DNA of 64,000 bases, taken from positions 19,470,001-19,534,000 of the forward strand of contig CM075989.1 of the NCBI GenBank assembly GCA_038087875.1. Direction: 5' to 3'. This stretch comes from Malacoraja senta. Lineage: Eukaryota. The notes under the pieces were generated by a model that saw only the letters and a list, made by a program, of their open reading frames with translations, was not told the origin of the DNA and made no database searches. Below, in pieces: positions 1-13,090 of this stretch. Numbering within the stretch: position 1 is the first letter of the stretch; each line of letters begins with the position of its first letter. The translations under genes and the position numbers were made by a program.

Positions 1-1134
1 GGTATCCAATTCAGAAGCAAGGAGCACATGGTTCTTCCGTAAACCAAGCCGTCATAAGTTTATGTTAAATTGTACGTTTCACAAGAAGACGATTGTGTTC
101 ATTCCACCGGCCTTGTTGCAAACATAAACACAACATGGCTGTTACTGCGGTCGGCCTGTTGGTTAGTTATTATTGCACTACTTTATCAAGGCTGTGAAAC
201 TCCGTGCGCGCTTAAAACAGGATAGCATTTCAAAGAACCTCAATCAATTTGCAATTATCAACGCGAGCCTCTTTGCGGGTGTACCACACCGATGTAGTGA
301 AGAATGTGCTGCGAGAACAAAATCGAAAACACGACTCCTCAATCAATAAATGGGACTGAGCAGTTCAGCGTCTCACGCTGTTGCTCAAAGCCATTCAATT
401 ATATTTTAAATGGTTTATTCACCACTAACTTACTGGGTATTCATTTTATCTATTTGTGGAGTGTAATTTGTATCGGAATAAACCATATTTCCATTAAAGT
501 GGCTTCGTTATCATTGTTTGTTTTTAAAATATCACATATCCTCTCATTTGTTGCTTGGCTACTTCATCGTTGAGTAAGTACCTCTCTCTCAACTAATGCA
601 AGGATCTCCCATTTCACCCGCACCAGCTAAAGGGGAGAGGTCTACCTTATGGGCCGTCACCACCCTTGTCAACTTGGGTACAGAACTCGGAATAACACCA
701 TCAACTACTGCACAACTAGCAATCAGAAGAGTAAAGTGATCATTTTGCAACTTGATCTGAAGCATGCATTTGAATCGAGACGAGTTGTATATTCAGTCGG
801 CGCTACATTTTGTACAGGAAAAACCAGTTGTGAATAAAATCGTACGCCTATCACACCCACTAGTCACATTAATTAAGCAATTGTGAAATTTGGAATCATC
901 GAAACTTGCCATCGCCGATACTGTTATCTTTAACATTGCAATATCGAACAGGGGCCTGCTTCGCATTTTAACCCACAATTTTTACTCAATAACTATACTA
1001 TATATACACCGATACTATAAAAGAAAGCGAATATAACACACTCTAAAGAGGAATACAGCAACATGTCTGAGACACATGCCTGAAAAACAGTTGAACATTG
1101 CAGATTACAAAATGTTTAGTTCATAAACGATTAC

Positions 1135-1257
<123 letters not shown>

Positions 1258-1814
1258 CGCCAGCGTTCAATACCAAACTTAACACAGTTAATGACTAAAA
1301 CACATCATCACCGCTTCTTGGATAAGGAACAAATAGATTATCATAAGAACCTACTTCTAAAGCAACATCGAAACGCTCGTTTAAAACGCGAGTTCACCAT
1401 TCAGATCATGTGCTGAGTGCACTTCGTGTAACCCCAAAAGGTTGTTGACGAAATTTTTACGTACTCTGTTTCAATAACAAATATATCTTAAAAATGAAAA
1501 AAAAATGAATATAAACTACGTTTATATTTCCTGCTTTATATATAACTGCTGAACCACTGCAAAACATACTTTGAAATGATAACATGGCAGATCCACACTG
1601 GGATACCTATTGCATCTGATTGTGGGTTGACTCGCACGCTTTTACAACCCTATATTTTAATATCCACCAGCTAAGAAACGGGGGCATACAGCAACCCAGC
1701 GCTTTGCAAACCGTGCATGCAATTTTAGGATATGGCATGAGTGTGTGAAGTTATCGCTCTGTGCGTTCCATACGCCTTAATAACAGTGTTTTGCAGCAGA
1801 TACGCGTACATAAT

Positions 1815-1969
1815 AGACACAAAAAGCTGGAGTAACAGCGGGTCTGAAGAAGGGTCTCGACCAGAAACGTCACCCATTCCTTCTCTCCAGAGATGCTGCC
1901 TGACCCGCTGAGTTACTCCAGCTTTTTGTGTCTATCTTCGGTTTAAACCAGCATCTGCAGTCCCTTCCG
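1815..1969 (+). mobile_element. Fold-back Penelope-like terminal-repeat element with hammerhead motif
   Basis: Inverted arms (agacacaaaaagctggagtaac / gttactccagctttttgtgtct); CTGAAGA..GAAACGTC core at 1844-1871; ACATAAT direct repeat at 1808-1814 and 1970-1976. Confidence 0.75.
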
Positions 1970-2289
1970 ACATAATTGAACACAATAGTCTCTGTCTGGC
2001 TTGTTCAAATTTACACGAGGAAATCCTTCAGTTGGTTTTCTCATCTTGGTTCAAAGAAACATACCTCAAAATGTGTACATTAAAATATATATATATATAC
2101 TATTAAACCGTTAACACATGATTGAGGTATATTCGCTTTAATTAAATTATTGTAATGAAACGATCAGGAAATGAACGAGACATTACGGGCGCTGTACGTT
2201 ATGTAGGGCAGTCAAATCGTCACACGCATCTTTCATCTACTACTTTGTCATTTGTATGCGGGGCATATCTGAAGTAGATATGAAATATT

Positions 2290-4300
2290 ATAAGCTGCCA
2301 TCTGGCACGTCACTTCCTGTTTTTAAACCATTCAAAAAAGTTTGCAAGTTTGCCTGTTTCTGTACTTCTTGGAAGCTGGGAGCAGAGTTCATGAATTATA
2401 TCTCCTGATATCATGTCAAGCGGGATCATATTGCTTAATCCTTCGTGTACTGGCGCCGCCATCAACCGGCCACTTCTCCACTAATTCTGCTTCCCTCAGT
2501 TATAAAACCCCCTTCCCCAGTTCATACTTTATCTCTGGCTCATACACAAATAGGGTTTAAGATTTTAGTTGGCAGCTTGCATTAAAATAATTCCAATCGT
2601 CGCCCCTCCCCCCCCCTTGCTATCATCGTTGCTTTACAATTCCATCCTTACTCAGACCATATCAAAACATGTTCTCAGCTTCTCTTCTTTCTCTCCCCCT
2701 CCCCACCTCTCTCCCACTGCACCCCCCCCCCCCCCCCATGCAGCCCGGATGTTGACTTCTATGTACAAGGGTTGAAATGCGCCGTTCTTTCGCCCTAACA
2801 CCAGCGTGATGCAGCAATACTCTCTGTGTCTCTCTCAGCGTCCACGCCACACACCCCAGCCCGGCCCGGCCCGGCCCAGCCCAGCCAGAGAGCGAGAGGG
2901 GCGGGCGGTCGCCCCCGTTGTAAACGCGGCGGGGTGTCATACACACAAGTGGGAATCCAGCCGATGGCGAATGGCAATCGCGCCCCCCCACCACCTCTTG
3001 AATTCCTGCAATGCTGACTTGACATATACTTACCGAAATCCACGCTAAAAACAAATTTGCAGCCGTTTCGGGGCATGTTGCACCTTTTTTCTAAAAACCC
3101 CATCCAGCAATATTCAAATATCGGATTTGTTCCAAGGAAAATAGATCTGCATAATTTCAATGGGAAGACGGGCCGCTCTTCCAAGGCCCTTCTCTTGGTC
3201 GGAGAAGGGGGAGGGGGAGGTGCAGAAGGGAGTAGAGGGTTCGGGTGCGGGATGGTTGCTAAAAATAAACTTTCTCAGCTTGTCCGGGAGTCGCCTGTTC
3301 GATGCCCGCGGCCGGCTAATCACAACACCTCTCCGGCCAGTCCTCTGTACTTTGAGGGAAGGACCAGGCGTCCCCTTGCCCTCTCTCCCCACCTCCCGCC
3401 GTCCCATCCTATCTCTCGCCCTTCTGGCTTTCGAAACCATCGCCGAAAAAAAAATCAAGAAAATAGGAACAAAATTAAGAAAAAAAAAATCAGAGTCCAG
3501 CCTTAATCCTTGGCCGTGGGGTGAAGAGCCTGTTTTGGGGCCAGTATATCCTCGCAATGCCACTTGCATTCGAATAGCTCTGGTCTGTTATGTACCTCGG
3601 TGCCTATGAAAAGGAATCAGTATGCAAATCGTTCCAGTTACAATCGAAAGGTTCGATCTGTTGGAGTTCACTAACGGAAGCTGATGTCAGCTGTTCCCGG
3701 ATTAGCCGAGAAATATCCACCCAGTCAAATAGGCTTTTAAATTCCTTGTTAATTAAAAAACACAGAATTTGCAACATGTCTCTGCCCCCACCCTCCTGAA
3801 GGCCGGATTACCCCTTTAAGGCAATTATCATTCTGCAGGTGTAATGTGCAATGAGGGTTAGGTGCAGTGGAACAAGCGCTTGCATTTTCTACAGGGCGTT
3901 TTTGAACGCCAGCTCCTTTTCAGAGTCCCTGCACCCGCGAATCCAAACGCTGACCGATCAATATGTGCAGTAAATGAACACAATGGGTGGGGGGAGAAAT
4001 AGTGTTGCTGTGGTTTCTGGTTTATCATGTACGCTCTTGCCTCTGTACCTGGCCCAACGTTGCACCACCTCAAACCTGGACAGATACGGCTCTGATAGCC
4101 GTAACCTGCAGCCCGTGCCTTCTGCCATAGGCTAAATTTGGCCCCTGTTGACTCCTCTCCCTACATGACCAGAAATCAAATAAAGATCCGCATGCAATAT
4201 CGGCGGGCGTGCAGGCGCTCGCTCAGGCGACAACCCATGCTCTAAACCAGAAACGGCGATTTGAATTTTCCTTCACCACCCCCCCCCCTCCCCCATCCCC
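2290..4300. promoter_or_regulatory. CpG/GC-rich promoter-like region
   Basis: High CpG density, GC boxes, (GCCCG)n at about 2858-2885, E-box and ETS (CTTCCTG) motifs near 2295-2320, no TE insertions. Confidence 0.65.
3033..3500 (-). other. Probable first exon of an unidentified gene running toward lower coordinates
   Basis: Minus-strand donor TCG|GTAAGT (plus strand acttaccga, 3028-3036) inside the CpG island; upstream sequence resembles a 5' UTR; TSS not determinable and product not recognised. Confidence 0.4.
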
Positions 4301-5865
4301 CACTCATCTTAGTGATATGGGTGTGTAAATCTGGTGTGGGGTAAAAGATCAACAATGGACCCGGCCTACACAATGTTTGTTATCAAAAGGGATAATTCAT
4401 TGATTATATTTTAATGTAAAAAATACTTCTGAGCAAAATCCTTGGTCATTAATATCAAACCTGCCTTTCCCAATCGCTCCTGAAGCCGCACAGTCTTGTA
4501 AATTAACCACCCAACGGGCCTTCCGTTGCAAACGCACCCGGAGCCACCAAGGCGTTTTTAAACAGAAAGTTTTCGATTCAAAAAAGCATCTGATGCAGAA
4601 AGCAAAAAAAACAACTATTGTGCATTTTCGCAATAACTCTCCATAAACACCTCTTTTGAAATAACACATTACTTCACAATTGAATTATTGAAATACAATG
4701 TATTTTTACAAATTTTTACAATGTGCAGTTGTCACTATTTTTGTTTTGTGCTTTTATTAAAGGGTTGGACTGATCACATTCGGGAATTTTACACTTAGCA
4801 CCTTGCATTTTTACATTTAGCATCTACATTTGACATTTTTATTCAAGCAGATAACAGCGGTATTCTCTTTCCGCTGACTGGTTAGTACACGCAACAAAAG
4901 CTTTTCACTGTACCTCGCTACACGTGGCAATAAACTCAACTGTAAAACTCTGATCGCGTTTACCATTTTTGCATTTACAATTTGAGGAAATCTCAGTGTT
5001 TCTCTATGGCACCCGCTGCATTCGCTTGGACGACTAATGTGTACAATGTGGATGGAACCCCGCAGAGCTCTGCTTGCATCGTCCTTGTCCGAGAGCAGGG
5101 GCCACGGGTTTAACCTCTTTATTGACAACTGACCTATCCACGCAGGGAACACGGAGCCGACATACTGCCAAGCACGCGTCTCCCTTTTTGCTAAGCTAAT
5201 CGCTTGCAGCGAAGCAGCACATCTTAGTAGCCTTACACAATCCATTCTTCTATCAGCAATAACGCAGTTTAAATACGTTCGAAGCCAAACTGCTATGTGT
5301 GTGAGACGAGGGCGATTTGTTTTGATGATTTGTTGGCGTTATAGGTGACTTGCCTTGCCTTTTCGCGGCCGGCATGTTGATTTGGTTCAGTTGCAGCTTA
5401 TGACTTAGCCCGACCATCTGTCATTCAATTAACGTTTCGGGCAGCTGATCTGTAACCAGCGGGGCCAGCGACCCCAGGACAAACCCTAAAGCTGGCGGAG
5501 AAAGGCGACTAAAGTTCAAATGTTAAACGCCTGGCACTTCGCCGGGGCTGGGCAGGTCAGAACATTGCCTATGTAAAGCCTGCATCGAGTCCCCCGGGAA
5601 CACGACACCCGGCCTCGATTTAACCCATTGTAACACTTTGTTCTTGCACATCACACACACACTTTCAGCAAACAACAGATTACAGGATTTGAATCTTTCT
5701 TTTAATGCCACCTTTAAAGATATATTAACTGTGCTGTAGATTGGAGCAACATATTTTCATCCCTCCATTTATGTTACATGGAGTTAATTCTTCTAAACGG
5801 AGATACGAGAATCATGTCCAGAGTGTTTTATTGTCACATATCCTGAAACGGGACGATTAAATTCT

Positions 5866-6160
5866 AGTGTGTAGGAAGGAACCATGCTGGAGTCAACCGA
5901 AAATAGACACAAAAAGCTGGAGTAACTCCGTGGGTCCGGCAGCATCTCTGGATAAAAGGAATAGGTGACGATTCCGGATCGAAACCCTTCTTCAGACTAA
6001 CTCGCTGAGTTACTCCAGCTTTTTGTTGTTGTCTATCTTCGATTAAATTCTTATTTGCAGGCGCACAACATATAGGGTAAACGTCTATTCTTTTTCTCCA
6101 GAGATGCTGCATGACCCACTGAGTTACTCCAGCTTTTTGTGTGCATCTTCGATGTAAACA
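5866..6160. mobile_element. Penelope-like terminal-repeat fragments in inverted arrangement
   Basis: Same arm consensus; degenerate minus-strand hammerhead near 5968-5995. Confidence 0.7.
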
Positions 6161-6504
6161 TAGTACTCTGTAAACATTACAATAAGCAACAACAAAAGTT
6201 CGGTACAGTATATGACCCCCCCCCCCCCCACCAATAATAGTGCAAAGATTAAAAAAAGAATGTCCCCCAAGTCTATGTAGTTCAGAGCTTAGTTGGAGGT
6301 TTCAGTGTTTAATAGCCTGGTGTTTGGGGAAACCGAAAGACTGAATCATTTCAAATTAATTAAACCGATTTGAAAGTGTTTCAGCTGATTTGTCAGAAAG
6401 AGGGGAAAAAATGTCCGTCGCCATAATCGGAATCCACGTGACTGCATCCTCAGGTGTTAGGCGTCTAATCGTGAAATCAAGCAACACTTAAATATAAACA
6501 AAAG

Positions 6505-7100
6505 ATAGACACGAAAATGCTGGAGTGACTCAGAGGGTCATTCAGCATCTCTGGAGAGAAGGACAAGGTAACGTTTCGTGTCGAGACCTTTCTTCAGGCT
6601 AGAGTCAGGGGAAAGGGAAACGAGACTCCTGCACCTATTGTCTATTGTCTCTATATAGGAACGGGGTATTGATTGGGGATGATCAGCCATGATCACATTG
6701 AATGGCGGTGCTGGCTCGAAGGGCCGAATGGCCTACTCCTGCACCTATTGTCTATTGAGTGATATAGACGGTGATGTATAGAGATATCGAACAAATGAAT
6801 GAAAGATATGCAAAAAAGTAACGATGATAAAGGAAACGGGCCATTGCTAGCTGTTTGCTGGGTGAGAACAGGAACCTGGTGCGACTTGGGTGGGGGAGGG
6901 ATGGAGAGAGAGGGAATGCAAGTGTTACTTGAAGTTAGAGAAATCAATATTCATACCACTGGGGTTGTAAGCTGCCCAAGTGAAATACGAGACGCTGTTC
7001 CTCCAATTAGCCAGTAGCCTCGCTCTGACAATGGAGGAGGCCTAGGACAGAAAGGTCAGTGTGGGAATGGGAAGGGGAACTAAAGTGTTTGGCAACCGGA
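6505..7100 (-). mobile_element. Penelope-like 3' end (GIY-YIG C-terminus, 3' UTR, terminal repeat) interrupted by a CR1 tail
   Basis: 6760-7100 is similar to 33215-33580; CR1 tail at about 6625-6757. Confidence 0.75.
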
Positions 7101-7367
7101 CAAAGATAAACAGTGTGGAGGATTCCCACAAAATGTGCACTGTGTGCATGTGTCGTCATTAGGTGATGTTTATCGTGCCGTTGTGTGTTCTGTTAGTCAA
7201 ACAATCTCTCTTGGCACCAGACGCTGCAGGAACACACGTCCAACGAGTTTGTTGAGGCTTTCACACAAAAACACCAACAATATATTGAGCTTTCGCTATG
7301 ATAATTGAACAGCCCTAAAAATTTAACCAGCGACCGGGTATAAACGACCTACTTTGAAATAAAACAC

Positions 7368-8098
7368 GTGTCGGAAGGAACTGCAGATGCCGGTTTACAC
7401 CGAAGACAGACACAAAAATGCAGGAGTAACTCAGCGGGACAGGCAGCATCTCTGGAGAGAAGGAATGAGTGACGTTGCGGGTCGAGACCCTTCTTCAGAC
7501 CAAGTCAGGGGGAATGGAAAACGAGAGGCATAGATGGTGATATAGAGAGATATAGAACAAATTAACAATGACCCGAAACGTCACCCATTCCTTTTCTCGG
7601 GAGATGCTGTCTGACCCGCTGAGTTACTCCAAAATGTTGTGTCGGTCTTCGGTCTAAACCCCAACCCTAAAATTAAACAAAAGTGCTGGAGAAACTCAGC
7701 GGGTGAGGCAGCATCTATGGAGCGAAGGAAATAGGCAACGTTTCGGGCCGAAACCCAAGGGTTTCGGCCCGAAACGTTGCCTATTTCCTTCGCTGAGTCT
7801 GAAGAAGGGTTTCGGCCCGAAACGTTGCCTATTTCCTTCGTTCCATAGATGCTGCCGCACCCGCTGAGTTTCTCCAGCACTTTTGTCTACCTTCGATTTT
7901 CCAGCATCTGCAGTTCCTTCTTGAACCTAAAATTAAACACATGTAATCTACAACCTGACTCAATCTGCATCGCCCTGATTTGAAAATCGACCACTTTTGC
8001 CTACTCCTTCTCTCCAGAGATGCTGCCCGACCCGCTGAGTTACTCCAGCTTTTTGTGTCTGTCTTCGGTGTAAACCGGCATCTGCAGTTCCTTCCTGC
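7368..8098. mobile_element. Cluster of nested Penelope-like terminal-repeat elements (subfamilies A and B)
   Basis: Subfamily B fold-back 7680-7925 flanked by the 14-bp TSD cctaaaattaaaca (7666-7679, 7926-7939); intact hammerhead core at 7799-7826. Confidence 0.8.
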
Positions 8099-9514
8099 AC
8101 TTTTCCCCCCAACATTTGTTTTAACAACATACCCAAATTTTGGGTGTAAAAAGAATCGCCCTCGGTGGAAGGCGGATTAAGGTTGCAATGTTGCCGAGAA
8201 AAAACCCATTCAGTTTCCATATCCTATTCATTCGCCACGATTTTTTTTAGCCTTTCAGCCGTCATTTACTATCTGCATTTATAAGGAAGTGAACATCTTC
8301 TTAATGACATGCGATCAAAGCCTTCTCCTCGAGTACTGAGCCATATAATTATTAATATTCTAAAATACAGCTGGCCTTCGGAAATTCGTAGGATATTATT
8401 CAATTTAATAGCTTCTGAAGATATTGAAAAATCAGCAGAAATTACTTCAGGTCACGTGGAAGGTCTCACTAGTTTCACTGTCACAAAATCCATCCTGATT
8501 CAATATCCCCTCACATCCAATTCTCGGGATTGTTAGAATGATAATGCGGGCTCGTTTTAAGCACCTTTGCATTTAGATCTGGACAGCATCACAATCCGCT
8601 GGAGAAAGTGAAAGGAAGTTGATAGCGGAGCATAACTGGAGTCAGAAATGACGGCTTCTCATTACTCGAGAATGAATCCTCATATTGACGTTGGCTCACA
8701 TGACACAAATGATTGCACTTAGATCCAATTTTATTGGAACAAACTGTTCTTAATAACCACGGGGAGAAGAAAAAAAAAGCAAATCCACGTTTGTCCCATC
8801 TCAAGTTCTCATTAATAATATATAATTAAACAATTTTTAACTTTAGCAAAGTAAGCGTTTATTAAATCTCGCACTAAGGCTAGATGCAGTGCGTCATATG
8901 TACGCCGGGCTGTGAGATAATGTACTCCATAAGAGCGGAAAGAGGCAAAGGCTGGAAGATATGACTAGAGACTAATTTTCACCGTCTCTCTTTCCACTCT
9001 CAAACTACACGGTCCTTCGCAGCTCCAAAGACAAGATCATTTCACTGTTAGTTATTGAGCTAATACGAACTTTCATCACTCTGGTTGAATAATACTATGA
9101 ATGTTTAATTCAAAGTCACTTAGTTTGAATTATCTGATAATTCATTTTTAACGCACTGCGTTGGTGCCTTCCTGCGTTATTTATACTACTTCATTCAAGT
9201 TACTGAATAATTCACTTTTTAGGGCACCGGGAGTTTAGAATTATCAGGAGTAGACTATATTTCAAATTGCAGTCATTTGGATTATAACGCCCCACGATAT
9301 ACAGCAAAGCAGATGCTAAGAACTAACAATACGTCCAGCACTCCATTACTGGTGCAGTGTGAACGGTTCATGGAAATAACACTTTTCTCTGAAACCTCTT
9401 ACTAAGACCCAGTTTCTTAACCATTCTCAACCTCTTTTTTTTTCAGATTGCGACAGCATTTATTGACCAGACTTTATTGACATTGCCCTAGAAATGAATG
9501 ACTTCCTGGACCTA

Positions 9515-9740
9515 GATAGACACAAAATGCTGGAGTAGCTCAGCGGGACAGGCAGCATCACTAGAGAGAAGGGATGGGTGACGTTTCGGGTCGAGCCCCT
9601 TCTTCAGACTGAACGTCACCCATTCCTCCTCTCCAGAGATGCAACCGGTCCCGCTGAGTTACGCCAGCATTTTGTGTCTATCATTCGGTTTAAACTGGAG
9701 AACATGGATCGGTGATGTTTCTGGTCGCGACCCTTTTTAG
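9515..9740. mobile_element. Fold-back Penelope-like terminal-repeat element
   Basis: Inverted arms; minus-strand hammerhead motif at about 9580-9607. Confidence 0.75.
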
Positions 9741-9798
9741 AGGTCAGGGAGGTTTCATTGGCAGATGGATGGAGTCAGTGAAAAGGTGTTCAACCACA

Positions 9799-9932
9799 GA
9801 GTTGAGTTGAGTTGAGTTTATTGTCACGTGTACCGAGGTACAGTGAAAAGCTTTTGTTGCGTGCTAACCAGTCAGCGGAAAGACAACACATGATTACAAT
9901 TGAGCCATTCACAGTGCACAGATACATGATAA
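9799..9932 (-). mobile_element. Rex1/Babar-like LINE 3' UTR with (AACTC)n tail
   Basis: Same 3' UTR follows an 'F(R)DS..P.VIRQLN' ORF end at 30890-31170; further copies at about 53700-53875, 58447-58660, 60570-60815 and 63260-63380. Confidence 0.6.
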
Positions 9933-10653
9933 GTTGACCAGGGATGGGTGTGCATTGACACATGGAGCAGACCAGGAACAGCAGATATCCCCAACTGATT
10001 GAATTAGTGAACCAGTTGGGTTTTTACAACAATCCTATAGTATGTGTTCTTTAGTCATGACTAAAGGTTATTATCTACTTACAATATTTTGCTTATTAAC
10101 TGTTTAATTTATAAAAATTATGTTAAATGAAAGGTTATTAACAATTTTAAAATGTCATGTCACGCTGGGATTTGAAATCACATCTCTTGACTGTTCATTC
10201 CAGGTAATTGGAATTGGCTTATTATTGTCCAGTTTACCGAGACACAATGAAAAACTCTTGTTTGCGTGCTATCCCATTGAAGCAAATCATACAATACAAG
10301 AGTAAAATACAGCAGGTATTTCATAGAGGGTGCAGAATATGGTTTTACAGCATTGTAATATTACAGTTACAGAGAAAAAGTGCAATGTCCGCAATGTAGG
10401 TTGGATTACTAGTGGGGTAATTTAACTGCTGCCTTAGTACCTACGTGGGTTTCTCCGGGTGCTCCAGTTTCCTCCCACACTCCAACGATGTACAGGTTTG
10501 TCGGTTAATTGACTTTGGTAAAATTGTAAATTGTCCCTTGTATGTGTGTACGATAGTGTTAGTGTGCGGGGATCACTGGTCGGCACGGACTGTATCTTGC
10601 TGTATCTCTAAACTAAACTAAAAGTACCATTACCCAGTAGGGTTGAGATGATG

Positions 10654-10840
10654 GTAGACAAAAGTGCTGGAGAAACTCAGCAGGTGCAGCAGCATCCATG
10701 GAGCGAAGGAAATAGGCAATGTTTTGGCCCGAAACATTGCCTATTTCCTTCGCTCCATAGATGCTGCTGCACTCGCTGAGTTTCTCCAGCACTTTTGTCT
10801 ACCTTCGATTTTCCAGCATCTGCAGTTCCTTCTTAAACAA
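10654..10840. mobile_element. Fold-back Penelope-like element, subfamily B, with TSD
   Basis: Near-perfect palindrome; TSD agggttgagat(g/a)atg at 10639-10653 and 10841-10855. Confidence 0.8.
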
Positions 10841-11624
10841 AGGGTTGAGATAATGTTCTGTTTATATTAATGTAAGACTGAGAGACGTGAGTTATAAAGC
10901 TGATGATGGACACAAACTGCTGGATTAACTCAGCAGGTCAAGCAGCATCTATGGAGGAAAGGAATCGGTGACGTTTCGGATCAAGACCCTTCTTCAGACT
11001 GGTTTTATAACTTCAGACATACACATATATTAGAAAGCAGGCCCATTTGCCCAGGATCATGAGTTAGTGAGGCCATGAACACCAGGAGGGTTCTGCACAG
11101 CAGTATCCAACTGTTAATGCAGGTGTAAATGGCTCAGTTAACGTTCTAATAAAAGGCTAAAGGTGAAAAGAATATTTCAGCTCTTTGCGAAAGATTGTTT
11201 TTAAAGATTCCTTCAACTAGTTCTAATCATGAGTGTGAATCACATTGTTATATTTTTTATGGCAAAAAAATTAGAACCATATCTACACAAGAGAGTTTTC
11301 ATTAAGAAACATAAAACGCTCTTAGCTTTAATGGTGTTCTACTTAAATTATCATTATGGGGAATTTTTCAGTTACTAATTAGGGGTGAGGTCAAGGAAGC
11401 TGGGGAGATTTTGATCTTATTTTGTAGTTACACCTAATCATATCTTCCCTGGGGTTAAATGCTAGGCAAGAGACGCCAACCATACATAATAATTATATCA
11501 AGATTATATATTCGTTCGATGTACAAAATAGGATAAATGTTATTTGGAATGAAAGATTCTCCTGGCCTTGCAACTCATTCCCTCATTCCGCTCTCTCATC
11601 TAACTGCAGGTTAATGAAATTTCA

Positions 11625-11972
11625 ATAGACAATAGACAATAGGTGCAGGAGTGGGCCATTCAATGTGATCATGGCTGATCATTCCCAATCAGTACCCCGT
11701 TCCTGCCTTCTCCCCATATCCCCTGGCTCCGCTATCTTTAAGAGCCCTATCTAGCTCTCTCTTGAAAGTATCCAGAGAACCTGCCTCCACCGCCCTCTGA
11801 GGCAGAGAATTCCACAGACTCTGTGTGAAAAAGTGTTTCCTCTTCTCAGTTCTAAATGGCTTACTCCTTAGTCTCAAACTGTGGCCCCTGGTTCTGGACT
11901 CCCCCAACATCGGGAACATGTATCCTGCCTCTAGCGTGTCCAAACCCTTAATAATCTTATATGTTTCAATAT
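11625..11972 (-). mobile_element. CR1/HER1 LINE 3' fragment
   Basis: ORF2 C-terminus IETYKIIKGLD..SRTRGHSLRL..FFTQ..WNSLP; (CTATTGT)n tail. Confidence 0.9.
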
Positions 11973-12302
11973 CCTGAATGCACAATAAAATGTTGTGTTC
12001 CCTTCCACACTGAAAACCTCATGAGGCTGAGAAGGAAATATTTGGATGGCTTCAGTACAAACTAAAATTTCTTTCTGTAACTAATTAGGGGGTCAGATGG
12101 GAATACTTTGCAAATTATGTCAAAGTAATTTCATTTAAAGTTTTTCTTGAAAAACTTACAGATTATCAATGATCCCATTGGTTTTAAAACTCTCAAACAA
12201 TCATTTTCAAACTGAAATGTAAAATAGCTTAAATAAAATTAATATTGTTTTTGCTATTGTTTGTCATCATTTAAACAGCCAGGAACTATACTAAACTGTT
12301 CC

Positions 12303-12781
12303 ATGCTGGAAAGGGTACAGAGAAGATTTACAAGGATGTTGCCAGGACTAGAGAGTCTGAGCTATAGGGAGAGGTTGAGTAGGCTGGGACTGTTCCTTGC
12401 AGGAGGATGAGGGGTGATCTTATAGAGGTGTATAACATCATGAGAGGAATAAATCAGGTGGATACACAAAGTCTCTTGCCCAGGGTAGGTGAATCAAGGA
12501 CCAGAGGACATAGGTTTAAGGTGAAGAGGAATAGATTTAATAGGAATCTGAGGGGTAACTTTTTCACACAAAGGGTGGTGGGTGTATGGAACAAGCTGCC
12601 GGAGGAGGTAGTTGAGGCAGGGACTATCCCAATGTTTAAGAAACAGTTAGACAGGTCAATGGACAGGACAGGTTTGGAGGGATATGAACCAAACGCAGGC
12701 AGGTGGGACTCGTGTAGCTGGGACATGTTGGCTGGTGTGGGCAAGTTGGGCCAAAGGGCCTGTTATCACTCTATGACTATG
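12303..12781 (+). mobile_element. CR1/HER1 LINE 3' fragment
   Basis: RGDLIEVY..SRTRGHRFKV..FFTQRVVGVWNKLP; GACTCTAT-type tail. Confidence 0.92.
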
Positions 12782-12932
12782 TTAAAACGTCGCTTTCATG
12801 GATATGTGACTATAAACATTCACTTCCTCTTCATGAATGTAGCTATCCAGTATAACTCACAAAATGAATTGGTAAGTACATTAGCTACGACTTATTATGT
12901 TAAGGCAGAGATGATTCTGCAGAAAAGTATAT

Positions 12933-13090
12933 GCACACACACAAACACACACACATATATGCACACACCTACACACAAACTCACACATACACACGCATGC
13001 ACATACACTCACACACACTCACACACACGCTCACATGCACAAACACACACATGCACACACACACACACACACACACATACGCACACAAAC
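12933..13090. repeat. Degenerate (CA)n microsatellite
   Basis: Imperfect CA run. Confidence 0.95.

Noticed and set aside
2662..3609. Overlapping 130-150 aa ORFs on both strands
   Set aside because: Expected in GC-rich DNA; no recognisable domain
7680..7925. CRISPR array or DNA-transposon MITE
   Set aside because: No spacers; long variable TSDs and linkage to GIY-YIG/RT fragments indicate a Penelope origin
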